This document shows, piece by piece, positions 24,342 to 37,596 of a stretch of DNA of 64,000 bases; the stretch's first letter is position 1, and every line of letters begins with the position of its first letter. The notes under the pieces are model-generated. The model saw only the letters and a list, made by a program, of their open reading frames with translations, made no database searches and was not told the origin of the DNA. Position numbers and translations under genes: made by a program. Source of the DNA: Sarea resinae (Eukaryota); the NCBI GenBank assembly GCA_026026165.1, contig JAPEUD010000046.1, positions 62,001-126,000 of the forward strand, written 5' to 3'.

Positions 24342-25961
24342 TGCGAAGGTAAATAGAGTGGAGAGTCTCCTGCATAAATAAGTTTTTCCCGTAGAAGGTC
24401 ATATTCGCCATGTTGGACATGTCGGGTGTTTAAATAACAGAGCGGTAGAAAAGAGAAAGCTGCTGCCTGGTGAGCTTGCCTCTTGTCTGCTCCTAGACTT
24501 ATCCGAGCCAAGGCATGACCTTACGAAGCTGCACGAGCTCGGCTGGCCGCATGATTGTCGTTATGCCCCTCATGGGGCCCCTGAGGGGAAAACCATTCAC
24601 CCTCGTGAAACCATATTCCTCCCGTCTCCGTGAGTAACCCGAAGCAACGATTCTAGCGAAGCCCAAACCTCCACTCTCTGATGTCAACGAGGAAACTGTA
24701 CGGGGAAAGCGAGTAGACGCGCGCTTGCACAGACCTTCTCCGAGTAGAAAAGTCTGGGTGACTCATCAATCTCCACATCTCGATTCGAGCACACAGGCCC
24801 GAGGCCACGAGCCAAGAATGACTGCGTACATATGTGGGAAGGTAAACAAAACGGTGACTTAGTCATCATTCCGGGCGTCGTCCCCGTTGCGATCATGCGG
24901 CCTTTGCTACTGCGTACTCCTCTACTACCTTATTACGACGACGACATGGCTATGATCGCCTTTCGGGCAGTTGTGGTCTCCAGCTGGCCTTGATGTGGCA
25001 ACGATCAAATGACGACAGCTCGTTCTTTTCCCGCAAAGTATTTCCAAGTCTCTATATGAGTCTATCAAAAGACTCACGATGGTTGAATCAACCTCAAGTG
25101 TGCTATATTGATCGACATTACTCGTCGCCTTGTGCGATTTGTGTCTCAGGTGGCCGAGCAGCTCTATGCCAGCGCACAAGTTCTCGGCTTGCTCATCGCT
25201 CTAGGGTCAGTCCCGTGACAGCAGAGACATGCCCTCCTTCCCCCAAGTTCCCCTTGCCCCCCCTCCCCCTAACCCAGGCCGAGCCGTCGATGCCCGATAA
25301 TCTTCCACAGGCACCCAACCCACTGTCTCCACGCATGAACGGTGGGGCGCGAAGCTCTTTCGGATCGAATTTCTCGAGGCGACCGACCAGATGGCTTGAT
25401 TCTTTGGCAGCAGCAGTATCAGAAACTGTTTTCTTTCCTCCCTGTGCGACGCTGCAGTTGCCTTCGAGGTCTCTGCCAGCGCCTAATTCTTATTCTGCGA
25501 CTCCTCGCAATCCCATTTGATTACCTGCCACCGAAGCGAGCAAGTCGAAGCTTGACATTTGTTTATGATGCATCTCCAGTGTCGTGCAATGCTGCATGCA
25601 TCTATCCCGCTCGCGCATATCGACCGTCTCATTGGAACATATTTGATGTCCCCTGCTGCGTTTAATCTTTTGCGCGAATGCATACCCGGTCCTCGTATAC
25701 GTCATTTGAGGGGTCCAACCTCCCGTCGTTATCTCCCCGTCGCGGCCACGTTATGCCAGTTCTGGAAAAATCTGCACCCTTGAGCTGAAGTGCATGTTTG
25801 TATTTAACAACGACTACTGCTCACTGCTGCCACGCAAGCAGATCTAGATCGAAGCAATGCGACAACAGAAGCCCTGCTGGTTGCCGGAGCGAACCTGATA
25901 AGAGTCCCAGCTCTGATCCGCTGATTATTTGATTGTCCAACTTCGCACATCTCCTTCCATC

Positions 25962-28900
25962 ATGCCGACGATATCAGTGGCACCTTCGCGTGCCCACAGG
26001 CTTAAGGACAGAGAGTCCCGCAGCAGCGCACCAAGAAGCAGCAGCAAAGGCTCCCGGAAACTCTCGAAATCATCCGCTCGCACTCCTCCAAGGAGCCCAT
26101 CAAGAAGCTCGGGATCGATATACTCGCAGCAGAACTTCACTCTCGATACGCTGCCGCCCCTACCAGAATCGACACCGGCATCCCCAGCATCAGTCTCCTC
26201 AAAGATCCACCCAGGTCGATCGACGCCAATCGACTTGGCTCGAATTGGCTCTCCTCCCGTCCCTCGAGCACTCCAAGCTTACGTCGAAGACGACCAGAGT
26301 GACGAAGAGACGAGGCCTTCACCGTTAGCTGCCGTGTCTCCAATCAAGCCAATTATAGAGCCCGTTGAAAGTTTGTCGAAATCGGATCCAACAGCGTCGG
26401 ACGATTCAGGGATACTGCCGGAAGGGGAGTTGCTACCACCAGCAGAGCAGACGAGATCCGCAGAACCGGCACAACCAGCGATCCCGACACCGCAATCTCG
26501 CTCTCCTGAAGCTACCCCATCGGAGCCAGATACTGAGACGCCTCTACCGACAGCACCAAATCCCCCCGAAGAAGACATCCCAAAAGCGCCATCCCCAGCA
26601 CCCTCTCAAGCCCTGCCATATCAAAGTGTCCCACCTAGCCCAGCTGTCCCGCCATACTTTGAACAACGGCTCTCGCCTCAGCTATTTAGCCCAGCCTTTC
26701 CCTCAACATCTTACCCCACATCACCTCCGATCCAAGGCTACACTTCACCGCATCAGTATTATTCACCGCCATACAATAACCCGGCCTATTATTCAATGTT
26801 CCAACCCCAAGGATACTCGCCGGCTCCCGGATATCCTGTCAATCCACACCAATTCGCACCTCAATACCAAGCCCCTCAATACCAATCCCCTCAATACCCG
26901 GGGGCTTACCCTGGCTTTGTGCCCCCTACTCCCGCTGCTATGTTCTCCGCCAGTCCAGCGCAAAGCCCCTCACTTCAGCGAAACGGTTCGGTAGGCTCGA
27001 GGTCTAGCCTACATGCAAACGGCTCAGTCGGCAATCCCTCGACACCTCCTGCGGCTCGCAATGATGAGCGAGCGCCCACTATTGACGGTGGCGGAGGCGG
27101 AGCAGCGGGGCCAGAGGATGCTGTCGACCTTCTTCAACGTGTCCAGAGCGCCATACCTGACCTGCATGCACTTCTCAATCGGTATCGTGACACATACGGT
27201 CAACTTGGCATGAGAGAGGAGACTCTTAGGAAGTCCGAGTCCGAACAAGCGGACGCAATCCGACAGAAACAGCAATACATTGATTCACTTGCTAAGCAGA
27301 TGGAGGACTCCTCCAACAAACATTCCGCCGAGACCAACAAATTGCGGCTCGAAATTGGAAATCTTGAGGAGAAGCACAAGGAGCTCCAAGAGAGCCTGGA
27401 AGCTACTAAGAAGGCGAAAGAAGAACTCGAGGAGGCCAAGGCTTCTCTAGAAAATGACAAGATGGATTTGGAGAAGCAGCGGAAGCTGGAGGCAGAAGCT
27501 CTGGCTCAGGAGTTTGTCAAGTTCAAAAAGGAAGTCACGGATGGATATGCGACCGAAAAGAAGTCTCTCGAGGATAAGCTGGCGGCTGAGTTGAAAGAGA
27601 AAACGGATGCTTTCGAGGCCGAAAAGACTGCCCTGGCAAAAGCTCATGAGGAAGCGATGAAGTCTCTCGAGGACAAGCTCGATGCTCAATTAAAGGAACA
27701 GGCAGACTCTTTTCAGACAACGAAAGCTGCCATAACCAAAGCCCATGTGGAGGAGAAAGAAGCGTTGAGAAAGGGCGCCGCAAAACAGAAGCGCGACATG
27801 GAAGCTGGTTTCGACAAACTGAGAAATGAGTTGGAAAGCAAGCTGAATGGGACGCAAAAAGACCTCGAAGAGGCATTGAAGAAGGAGCGCGAAAGCCGTG
27901 AGGGATGGAGCAAGGAGCGTGAAGAACTGGTAAGAGGGTGGGAAGAAGAGAGAACAGCGATGGGTTCTGGCTGGGAAGAGCAGCGTGCTGTCCTCACCGA
28001 GCACCATGAAAAGGAGAAGGAGGACCAGCTGAAGACGTGGACGGATCTCCAAGCTGAGATGACGAAGAAAGCAGAACAAGAAAGAAGTACATGGGAAGAT
28101 GAAAAAGCCGCGCTTCAAAAAGGATGGGATGACGAGAAAGCCAAATTTGAGAAGGCGTACGGGGAGTTGAAGAGTATGACAGAGCATATGGGAGCTGAGA
28201 AAGATAGGTTGCAGAAGATGGTGGAAGCTTTTGGTGAGGTGACAGACCTAAAGAGCAAGGGCGATGCGTATTAGTAAGTTTCGAGAGATTTGTGTGATGT
28301 TGTTCTTGCCTTCGATGCTTTTGTTCTGTTTTCATTTCCTTTGCAAATTGCAGTATCTCGTAAAGCCATGTTGTCTAGCAATCAATTCATTCGCTCCTCA
28401 GATTTCACCTGCAGTTATCATCTTGCACACAGGCTGACCGCAAAATCGGTATTTTATCCAGTTTAGACAACTTCAGCAAGCTCACCAAACTCATAGAATC
28501 GGTCGCCTCGGAATATTTTCAAAACATTCCCGTCCCTCCCCCCGAGCACATCCTCAACGAAATCCCTGAAACCATCCCCTCGTTTCTCTCTAACACGCCA
28601 TCCTCCCGTCACCTCCGCACGGCCTACATCCAATACAAGATTTCCACAATCCTCTGCTACCGGGTTTATTCACCCTTCCTTTTCTCTCTCGGCCGCCGCT
28701 ATGACAAGGCGGATACCCTCTTCCAAGCCATGTCGAACGACCTTCGTAAGAAATCTACCCGTCGTGAGGCTATCTGGCGCCAACATACCCTTTATTCAGC
28801 GTACACGGCAGCTAACGCCAAGGAAACTATCAATGCCGCGGCCGGGGCCGTAGTCGAGGAGATCGTGAGCCACATCAAACACTTCACGGATCCGAAATAT

Positions 28901-29929
28901 GTGGACAAAATTTACGAAGCCGTTAGACGCATTGTCAAGCTGGGGGCTGAAACATGGCGTCTTGCACGTTTGGAGCGCGAATTGATCACTGCTAGACTCC
29001 CTGCGGCAGAAGATGATGCGGAAATTGAAGACGACTGGGCCCCAGCCACCTTTGATGATGATCATTTGCCCGCTACTACTTCTGCTACTGCTATGGCTAC
29101 AAGCACAAAGAGAAAGCCAATTCTACGCCTCTTCCCCATTATCGCCCGCGAACCCATCCACGAAGGGTTTCGCAGCCTAGCTGATGCGCATGACGCCGGC
29201 TGCGTGTATTCGCATGGTGTAGCTCTCTACGATGACGCCCAACCCGTACTCACCAGGCTTGAAGAACTCCGGACTCAGTCTGTCGAGCGGCAGAGCTCGT
29301 TCGGGCGGCACAGAAGACGCGACTCGGCAACGCCACCGAGTCCGCTGTTCCCAGCAATGGATGAGATTGACGGCATGAGCCCGAGTGGTAGTAGTCTGTT
29401 GGGTGAATCTTCATCATCATCACATAGGGGAAAGAAAGTAAGAGAGACTGCCGTACCGAAGGATCGGGAGGGTGATGGGGTCTGGGAGGCTCCTAAAGCT
29501 AGGGACTCTTCTACGAAACGGGAGGCTTCCACGGTGCGAGAGACGCATAAAGCTAGGGAGTCTTCTACAATGCGCGAAGCACCCAAGGCCAGAGAACCGT
29601 CTAGAGAGGCTCCTAAGACCAGGGAATATTCTACAGTCCGGGAGACACCCAAGGCTAGAGAATCGTCTACGGTCAGGGATAACTCCATGGCTAGGGAGGC
29701 GGCACCCAGGGTTAGGGAGGCGTCCAAAGCTCGAGAGACACCTATAGTCAGGGAAGCTTCTACAGTCAGGAGGTCATCCAAAGCTAGAGAACCGTCTAGA
29801 ATCAGAGAGGACGCGAGAAGAAGGGATAGCGGACTTGAGGGCCGGAAGCCTCGCTCACTGAGCATTTCATCTGACAACATTCCTCGATGGGACGCGTCAC
29901 GGGGCAGGGTCTCGAGTGAGATGAGATGA
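25962..29929 (+). CDS. Uncharacterised fungal protein: Pro/Ser/Tyr-rich N-terminus, long coiled coil, globular segment, repetitive C-tail. Exons 25962-28273, 28462-29929
   Basis: Two long ORFs are joined in frame by intron 28274-28461 (GTAAGT..GCTGAC..CAG), reading DLKSKGDAYYLDNFSKL. An E/K-rich heptad region spans about 27150-28250. Confidence 0.85.
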
Positions 29930-32900
29930 TCGTGGGCTTCACTCATTCACTGTACGTTTTGTTTTTGTGTAAGTCAAGCCATGCATCGAGCACCTGCATG
30001 GCATTTTGAGCGCGGTGTATACAGTACTTTCATGTTTACAAGGGATTTAGCGTGTGTTGCATTTTGGAAGTGACCTAGTACAGCATTTTAGATAGGAAAT
30101 GACGAGACTCTGCATATACATGGCTATCCACGTCTATTCGATGACCCAAACAAGTGGCACAGACTCGGCAGTGCTGAGGGTGTGGGGAGTGGAGAAACGA
30201 CATGCATAGAAGATCGGGAGAAGGTCTGAAGAACGATCGAGAGACGATCCTTACTGGAATATGGCGCAAGGCTGCCTAGATGAAGATGAATTAATGTGCT
30301 CACATGGACCCAGATAAGACATGCACGAAGCGTAGAAGGTTGGAAGGACCAGTTGAAAACGATGTGGGATGATGCCACCGGCTTTAGTGATTCGGGTGCA
30401 TGCATCGCATCCCTGGCTGTCGTTGTCTGACGCAGAATCCTTCGAGATGGCTCCGGCAACGGTTCCCCCCTCCACAGTGGCGCTCGAAACGTCGGAGAGG
30501 CACAGATTGTGGAGGTGTGGAGGTGTGGAGGAGGTTAGATATGCATGGAAGGCTGAAAGAAGCCCCGAAGAACAACAAATGCCGCAGGAACACGGATCCA
30601 TGGATCCATCCATCCATCCATCCACTTGCTGTCATCACTTCTATATCGCAGGTGAATCTATCCATACCTACTTCCGCTATTTTGATATTGCCGAGACTGC
30701 ACCCCAAGCCTCACGCCAGCAGCGAGCAGCTGAAAGCATCATCGGGGAGATGCCTGAGGCTACGTAAGCATTGCATCTCGGCTGCCAGTGGCTCGCTTTC
30801 AGCGCCTTGAATGGATCACAGTAATGCGCACCAGGCAACTCCCGATCTGCTTGAGCGCCTTCCTCAATCGTCTCCGATGGCTCTGAAAATCGAATGCGTT
30901 GGCGATAGATGGACCAAACGAGGCATTCTAGCACCACGTCGTCTACTACGTAGTACACGCTGCTTTGAATGCCGCCGGGACAGATTCGCACGAGATGGCG
31001 GAGCTGGAGATAGAGAGTACATATACATCGGCGACTGTACAGGTTCGTATCTTCGTACAGCCAGCTGAGAGGATGCTGCATGACGTGAAATGCCCTGACA
31101 TGCCCTCACCAAGGCAATCAATCGGTACCTACTTCGTACCTTAACTACCTTATCCAGCTTACCTTGCCTACTATCTACGGAGTAAGTACTTGGGTAGCCA
31201 GGCCGATCCGCAGTGCCTCATACCTACTTGGCTGTAGGCAACGAGGGCATCGTCAGATGGCCGATCCGAACACACTCATCCATTGGCATACCTGCACTCA
31301 ATATGTCGTGCATCGATATGGGGGATGAAGCCGACTTGAATCGATTGAGGCAGGGTACTGGCGCAAAAGACGCGATCGACGCAGCTCATGATACATCATA
31401 CCCATAGGGACGAGTACAGCAGCCTTGCCGTACCAGTCGGTTCGATGGTGCGTTCTTGACCTCATATGGACCGGCATCGTGGCAGCAAGAATGATGGCGG
31501 AATGGCTTCGCTCATCACAGGAATCTACGGATGCTTCGTACAGAGTACTCTCCATCGTTACTATTCTACCGGACTCTTCCGCGACAGAGATCATGATCAT
31601 CGCCGGATGGGATGTACCCGGTACTGCAGTCGATCCATTGAGTTGCTGCTGTTCGCCGGCGCGCCATCGCACCTCTTGATTGGTGTGACGTTGTGGAGGA
31701 GCGGCAGTAGTGGGTTTAGGGACAGCAGAGACGCGAAAAGGGCAGGCGGTGTGCCTGGTGTGTTGCCCTACGCCCTGACTGGACTCTCATCCCGCCCGGC
31801 CCCCCCTTGATCCTCCAAGTTGAGTTGCCTGTGCAAGGGACTCCGTGGACCCCTGGCGAGCTTGGCCTTGACCTTGGCCTTAGCGGCCCCCCTTCAAGCC
31901 CGGTTCCGACTATCACCAACTTCCCGTCAACTTACCTTCCCGGTAGCGGGTACGCAGTAGTGAGTTCCGAAGATACGCCTTGGGCTAATAATGGTGAAGG
32001 CACTCGGCGGAATCACGATGATATAGATCCCGTGTGTCGATATCTTCGTCATGATGCAGAGCGAGAGCGATATCACCTCAATCTCGCAAAGTACAAAGTA
32101 CCTCAATTACTCAGTCATTCTGCCATGCGTGATATGATGATGGCTGCCTTGAGGTTGCGAGTCGAATGAATTCGCCACACGCTCCATGCGAATCCAGCTG
32201 CAGCCGATACAGTAGCCTTGGGCGCCGTCCACCGCCCGACTCCGCACCACTCATCACAGACTTGCATCCCCTCCCCGTCCCACCACCCCCCCCCCACAAT
32301 AACACAAGCGGGCGGCTAAGATCTAGAGCTTGGGTTTATCTTCATACGTCCATATATCGTCGGGTCAGCTAGGCTAGGTATGAGCAGCCGCGGAGTGTCT
32401 TGAGGCTCTCGTACTACCACGCGAAATTGACATTGTTATTCTGTTGGACTCTCTGTCCATCGACTTTGCGCTTACAACATCCTCTTCCTTCTTATGAGCG
32501 TTTGATGTGTCTTCTTCGGCGAAACTCATTTCCTTGCTTCGTCGACTTCTTTCAATGTCGCTCTTTGCTCTCTGTTGTCAGCTATCGGATAAGTGCTAGG
32601 CAGCCGCCGATCCTCTTCTGCGGGGTTTCATTGGCGCGCTTTGTACCGGCCGACATCCTCCAGTGTCGCTGTCGCTATCTTACACCTCGAGACTACCTGA
32701 GAGAGCATCTCTTTTCCCACGACGAGACATCTACGGCGACATTTTTGCTCAAGCTGACTGCAGCATGATATGAGTGACGAGGATCGCACAATTCGGAGAG
32801 TCTACGTGGGAAGACTGTGCTTCTACGTCGTTTGGAAGCTTACCATGTGTATGCGCGCGTGAGCACTGCTATACGCCAACCTTGACAACGAAGTCTTACC

Positions 32901-32940
32901 CCCACCACACGACACAGAGGCTGTCCAGGGCAGATCAACC

Positions 32941-35900
32941 ATGTCGTCCGTCGGCTCCCCAAACACCGAGGCATATATGCGCAATCTTCCCTCGATCGAC
33001 GATCAGACTGGAATCTTTTCATTCTCTTCCGCGGATACAGATTCCAATCTTTTCGAAAGCTTGTCTTTGCATAGCCTGCCATCTTCCACATCCGAGGCGC
33101 CTTATGCGATCGGCACCAAATCTCAGAAATCCATGCCCTTGGCACGAGGTGACGACTTGAGCAGATCCTTTACAAGCAATCCCCGTGTGTATGGTGGCCA
33201 TCCAAGCAATTTCCTCACAGCCCCTCGATATCCGCCCAGCTATGCGGTACCAATCGACAACAAAAACAATAACAACGACTCATCACTATCGCCAGCCTCA
33301 GTCAACAACCAGTTGAGCTCAACCGCTGGATGCCCGTCAGAACATTCATATAGCGAGATTAGTGGGCACACAACGCCGTTTCCCGATACGACATTTATGG
33401 AGAGCAATCTCGCCCTACCATATCTGGAAGAGAGCTTCATGCAATTGGGTGATTTCGATAACGCGACCTTCTCTGATGGAGCGCCTTCTCAATCTCGCAG
33501 GACCTCCATCTCGAACCGAAATGCGAGCGACGGCCTTCATACTGCTGCTAGTTGGTCCTCGTCGATGGGAGTAAGCCCACAGGATTTGATGAGTCCCTAT
33601 AGTAGGAACGATGAATTCTCATACTCAGGACCCAATTCGGCTCTTGTAGATCAAGGCGAGTCGGATCGAACAACAGCCGGCCCCCGGAATGCGGATCCTG
33701 TTCAGACTCGAGCTCAGCATCTAGACCTCGATAGTGCGCTCGCATTGGCCAATAATTCTAGAAGGAACAGCGTCCACACAGATAACGACCGCCCAACCGC
33801 ACACTTTATAAGTCCGAGTCCTATTGTCCGAGTCGAAAGCTTTAGCCGGGGGGATTCTCCACGTCGTAATCGTACTAATCGGAATTCGAACAGAGATGGC
33901 ATGTCTGATCATCGATCCTCAAATCATCTATCGCCTTTTCCTGCAGGTGACTCGTCTGAAGGCGAGTCCGAAGATTCGGGGTGTGACGCAGCTCTGCCGG
34001 AGATTTGCGTTGCTGCTCAAGCAGGTCGCGCGGACGATGGATCTTGGCTACCAAACACTGCTACTGGTCAAGCAGGAATCGAACCCGAGCTTCGGGAGCA
34101 GATGAATCAGATTGAGATGCCAACTTTGAAAGAGCAGGATGCTGACCGAAAGACGGCAGAAAAGAATGCCGAAGTCAAAGAGTGGCTAGAGCGGAGCGAA
34201 GCCGGAAGTGAGGCCGGAGAAGACCTAGTCCAGACTGGCTTTCTAGATCCGTGGAGGCCCGAAGCAAATCGTCGAAGAGCCAAGAGCACTGGCGATTGTG
34301 ACTTTACCGGCGATGGCTCTTTGGATATACTTGGCGGACCTGCTTACAGATTCGGATATGGAGAGGCCGATGTCACTGATGCAGAAGGAGCTAGCGGTGA
34401 TGAGCAGAACGATCGCTCCCAATCTCATGAAGACAATCAAACGATATCTCGACCTGGTTATGTCGGTCCAATTGATAGGGAGCACACCAGACAGACTATC
34501 CCGACAGTTGACAAGGAGCCAGATCTACGTCAATTTTATCGCGCGAAATTCTGGGACGATGCACCTCCTGGCCCGGTCAGGGCCGATACCAGAGCTCAAC
34601 CCCCGACCTCTATCGCAGCTATTGTGCGATTCCGCCAGCGAGCGGAGAATATTGAGACTGCATCGCGTGCGGCTACATGGGGTACTCGCCGTCTAAGTGA
34701 GACGGACGTGGACAGATTACTTAGACCTCCCAGTGTATTCAAACCATTCACATTCGGGAAGGACAAAGAGAAAGAGAGAGAGAAGGGCAAAGATAAGACA
34801 GACAGACGTGAGAGTCTGTTCGGCAAGGCCGCAACGCTTCTTCATCATAAGCGGAGCAATAGCAACACGAAACGCAAGACTAGCGAGCCGACGCAGCAGA
34901 CTTCTTGCGATCCTGCAGACAAAACCAGGAAAGAGAGCACCGGAAGCGTGAACCTACCAAAGCGCATTGGTAGCTGGGGTAGGCCAAAATCGCCCAAGTT
35001 CAGCCCTACTGGACTCGGTCCGGTAGCTGCCTCCGGAGAAGGTGAAGAGTCTGGGCCAACGAGTCCCTCTTCGAGCAATGCTGCTCCTGGGCCGTGGGGT
35101 CAAGCCAAAAGCATGATGTCACGGAATAGGAGTTCCAGTAACCTCCGAAGGACATCTAGCGCTTGCGAAAAAGGTCTTGCAGAACTCATGGTGCAGCATG
35201 GTGGTCCGCCTATGCCGACTCTAGCCTCACTACCACGAGATAAGGATACCCCCCATGCGAGGGGACCTCCTCAAAACGGCGAAGACGTCGACGAAGACGA
35301 AGATGGTGAGGGTCTGAATGACAAGGACGACACAATAGATCTGAGCACGAGCACAGAGCCTATTGTACCAAATACGGAAGGTTTCAAGGCGCACATTCGT
35401 CGCATAAATCCGGCTTTGGATCCGCTACTAATTGATCGAATGGCTGGCGAGCAAGTCAAGCGGTACAATCGACTCAAAGAGATACTAGCCAAGCATGCCA
35501 TAGCCATCAACACACAAACGTGCAGTTCTGGCGAATTGTGCACGCACTTTGATGGATGGAAACTGCCGCTGCAGAGAAGCCTTCAAGCTAACCAGTCTTC
35601 GTTTGCGGATCCTAGCAATTATACAAAACGGATTGACGAAGAATTTGATGATTCTAAGGAAGGGATAATCGTCTTGTCCACACAGTTCCCCCGAGGTGTT
35701 CCATCGCCGCCTGTTGCACGACTCCCGGCTAGATTTGAGTGTCCTATCTGCTTTGTGGTGAAGAATATCAAGAAACCATCCGACTGGACGAAACACGTCT
35801 ACGAGGACGTGCAGCCTTTCACGTGTACTTTCGCAGATTGTACCGGACCAAACTCATTCAAGAGGAAGGCTGATTGGGTCAGGCATGAGAATGAGCGGCA

Positions 35901-36948
35901 TCGACATCTCGAGTGGTGGACTTGCAATGTGGCAGACTGCAATCACACGTGCTACCGTAAGGACAACTTCGTACAACATCTCACTCGGGAGCACCAAAAG
36001 CCCGATACGAACCTAAGGCTGGGGAAGAATGGCCAGCCCGGCGCAGAAATGCGACGTCATCAAGATAGCAAAAGTCATGCCATTCCTTCAGAAGGTACCG
36101 ATCTCATCACGAAAGACAATGACAGAATCTGGGCCCTTGTGGAAGAGTGCCGGCACCTCACTCCAATGAAGCCGGAAGAGGAACCCTGCAGGTTTTGTGG
36201 CCGTGAATGCAGCAGTTGGAAGACATTAACAGTCCACCTGGCCAAGCATATGGAACAAATCAGTATGCCTGTTCTTGACCTTGTTCGGCGAAACGGCTCC
36301 GGCAATACGGCAGTCGTCAGTCGAGTGGATAGATCCTGGCAACAACAACGCCCTTTCCCTTCAGCCACCATGGCGCCTGGACTTGAAGCCGCGGCGTTGA
36401 ATCCACCAATGCCTCACCAAATCATGATGATGAACTCAGCCATCGGTGATTCCTCGGCAGACTCGCGAGACTTTCCAAACTATCGCTCCTACCCTGGTCA
36501 TCCAAGTAATGGGTCGACGAACGCTTATAACCCACCACAAGCCCAATCCTATATCGCACAGGCGTCTGGTCAAGCTTCAGCGGGAGGTCATAGACATAGC
36601 ATGGACCCCGGTACTGCCGCTGCTACTTTCTCCTCTGGAATTTCTCCCTCTGAGGAAGTCTCCAAATACTATGGGTATCCAAATCAAATTGCAAATACGC
36701 AAATCCGATCAAATGGGGTGCCCACTTCCACACGTGCGAATGGAGATCAGTCATCATCAGCAGTGCGTCCGTCACCTTATTTTCCTCAAGCCGTATCTAC
36801 CACGAATCCCCAGACGCAATGGGGCTTAGCGGTACCAGCGCAGTATGGCTTCTGTGACGATGCAGGCGGCTATGCAGCAGAGGCGCCGCGCGCACCGCCC
36901 CAGTACTATGTGCAGCAGCAACAAAACTTTCCCTTTTATGGGCAATAG
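32941..36948 (+). CDS. C2H2 zinc-finger protein, 1335 aa, single coding exon (cluster gene 1)
   Basis: FECPICF..KPSDWTKHVYED, FTCTFADC..FKRKADWVRHENERH, WTCNVADCNHTCYRKDNFVQHLTREH, CRFCG..WKTLTVHLAKH. Confidence 0.92.
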   Translation: MSSVGSPNTEAYMRNLPSIDDQTGIFSFSSADTDSNLFESLSLHSLPSSTSEAPYAIGTKSQKSMPLARGDDLSRSFTSNPRVYGGHPSNFLTAPRYPPSYAVPIDNKNNNNDSSLSPASVNNQLSSTAGCPSEHSYSEISGHTTPFPDTTFMESNLALPYLEESFMQLGDFDNATFSDGAPSQSRRTSISNRNASDGLHTAASWSSSMGVSPQDLMSPYSRNDEFSYSGPNSALVDQGESDRTTAGPRNADPVQTRAQHLDLDSALALANNSRRNSVHTDNDRPTAHFISPSPIVRVESFSRGDSPRRNRTNRNSNRDGMSDHRSSNHLSPFPAGDSSEGESEDSGCDAALPEICVAAQAGRADDGSWLPNTATGQAGIEPELREQMNQIEMPTLKEQDADRKTAEKNAEVKEWLERSEAGSEAGEDLVQTGFLDPWRPEANRRRAKSTGDCDFTGDGSLDILGGPAYRFGYGEADVTDAEGASGDEQNDRSQSHEDNQTISRPGYVGPIDREHTRQTIPTVDKEPDLRQFYRAKFWDDAPPGPVRADTRAQPPTSIAAIVRFRQRAENIETASRAATWGTRRLSETDVDRLLRPPSVFKPFTFGKDKEKEREKGKDKTDRRESLFGKAATLLHHKRSNSNTKRKTSEPTQQTSCDPADKTRKESTGSVNLPKRIGSWGRPKSPKFSPTGLGPVAASGEGEESGPTSPSSSNAAPGPWGQAKSMMSRNRSSSNLRRTSSACEKGLAELMVQHGGPPMPTLASLPRDKDTPHARGPPQNGEDVDEDEDGEGLNDKDDTIDLSTSTEPIVPNTEGFKAHIRRINPALDPLLIDRMAGEQVKRYNRLKEILAKHAIAINTQTCSSGELCTHFDGWKLPLQRSLQANQSSFADPSNYTKRIDEEFDDSKEGIIVLSTQFPRGVPSPPVARLPARFECPICFVVKNIKKPSDWTKHVYEDVQPFTCTFADCTGPNSFKRKADWVRHENERHRHLEWWTCNVADCNHTCYRKDNFVQHLTREHQKPDTNLRLGKNGQPGAEMRRHQDSKSHAIPSEGTDLITKDNDRIWALVEECRHLTPMKPEEEPCRFCGRECSSWKTLTVHLAKHMEQISMPVLDLVRRNGSGNTAVVSRVDRSWQQQRPFPSATMAPGLEAAALNPPMPHQIMMMNSAIGDSSADSRDFPNYRSYPGHPSNGSTNAYNPPQAQSYIAQASGQASAGGHRHSMDPGTAAATFSSGISPSEEVSKYYGYPNQIANTQIRSNGVPTSTRANGDQSSSAVRPSPYFPQAVSTTNPQTQWGLAVPAQYGFCDDAGGYAAEAPRAPPQYYVQQQQNFPFYGQ

Positions 36949-37546
36949 ATGGGGCTACCGGCAATCCAAAACACTTTGTCTTCGGCGAATATTCGGAAGG
37001 TCTGGTAATCAGATTAGCATGGGGTATCTTTCTGCAGGTCGGCGTTTGGGTATCTCGACGTCTGTATGTCTTGATGACGAAATGCGGGGAGAAGCAGGGC
37101 GTGCAATCAGGAGGCAGCTTGTGCATGGCACCATTATGATATCTTTCGTCTTGATTCCTCTTGGATGATCTCAATTGAACGGAGAAGAACAGAAGCTATT
37201 CTATGCGCATCACGACGAGCCACCTTAGCTATTGGTCCTATCAATAGATCTGCCTCGGGTAGTCTATGTGTACTTCGAAGTAGTCGTAGGCCGAGTAGTC
37301 GTAGTAGCAGGGCAAGGACGTGCAACTTCCCGTCAGTGATGAGAGGTATGAGTAGTCTGATATGGATGTAGATCGATTCGCGAGCTCCACTCCAGCCGTG
37401 ATCTCCAGCTCGGCTGGATCCTGGATCCATCCTACTACCTTAGAGTATGTACGATGTAGGGTGGCTGCACTCGCCATTTGACCCTACTTCATACCCACCT
37501 TATCTACTCCGTAGTATCTGACCCCATTCGACACTACGATGGGAAG

Positions 37547-37596
37547 GCAGCAGCGGCAGCAGCAGCGGCAGCAGCAGCGGCAACAGCAGCGGCAAC
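37547..37596. repeat. 12-bp tandem repeat (GCAGCAGCGGCA-type) x4
   Basis: Read directly from the sequence; intergenic. Confidence 0.85.

Noticed and set aside
24148..24420. Out-of-frame upstream ORF overlapping the vWA start
   Set aside because: No splice donor links it to the main frame, and it may lie upstream of the transcription start; cannot be supported.
30000..32900. Numerous 60-135 aa ORFs upstream of zinc-finger gene 1
   Set aside because: Overlapping on both strands with no motifs; more consistent with a long promoter and intron-containing 5' UTR.
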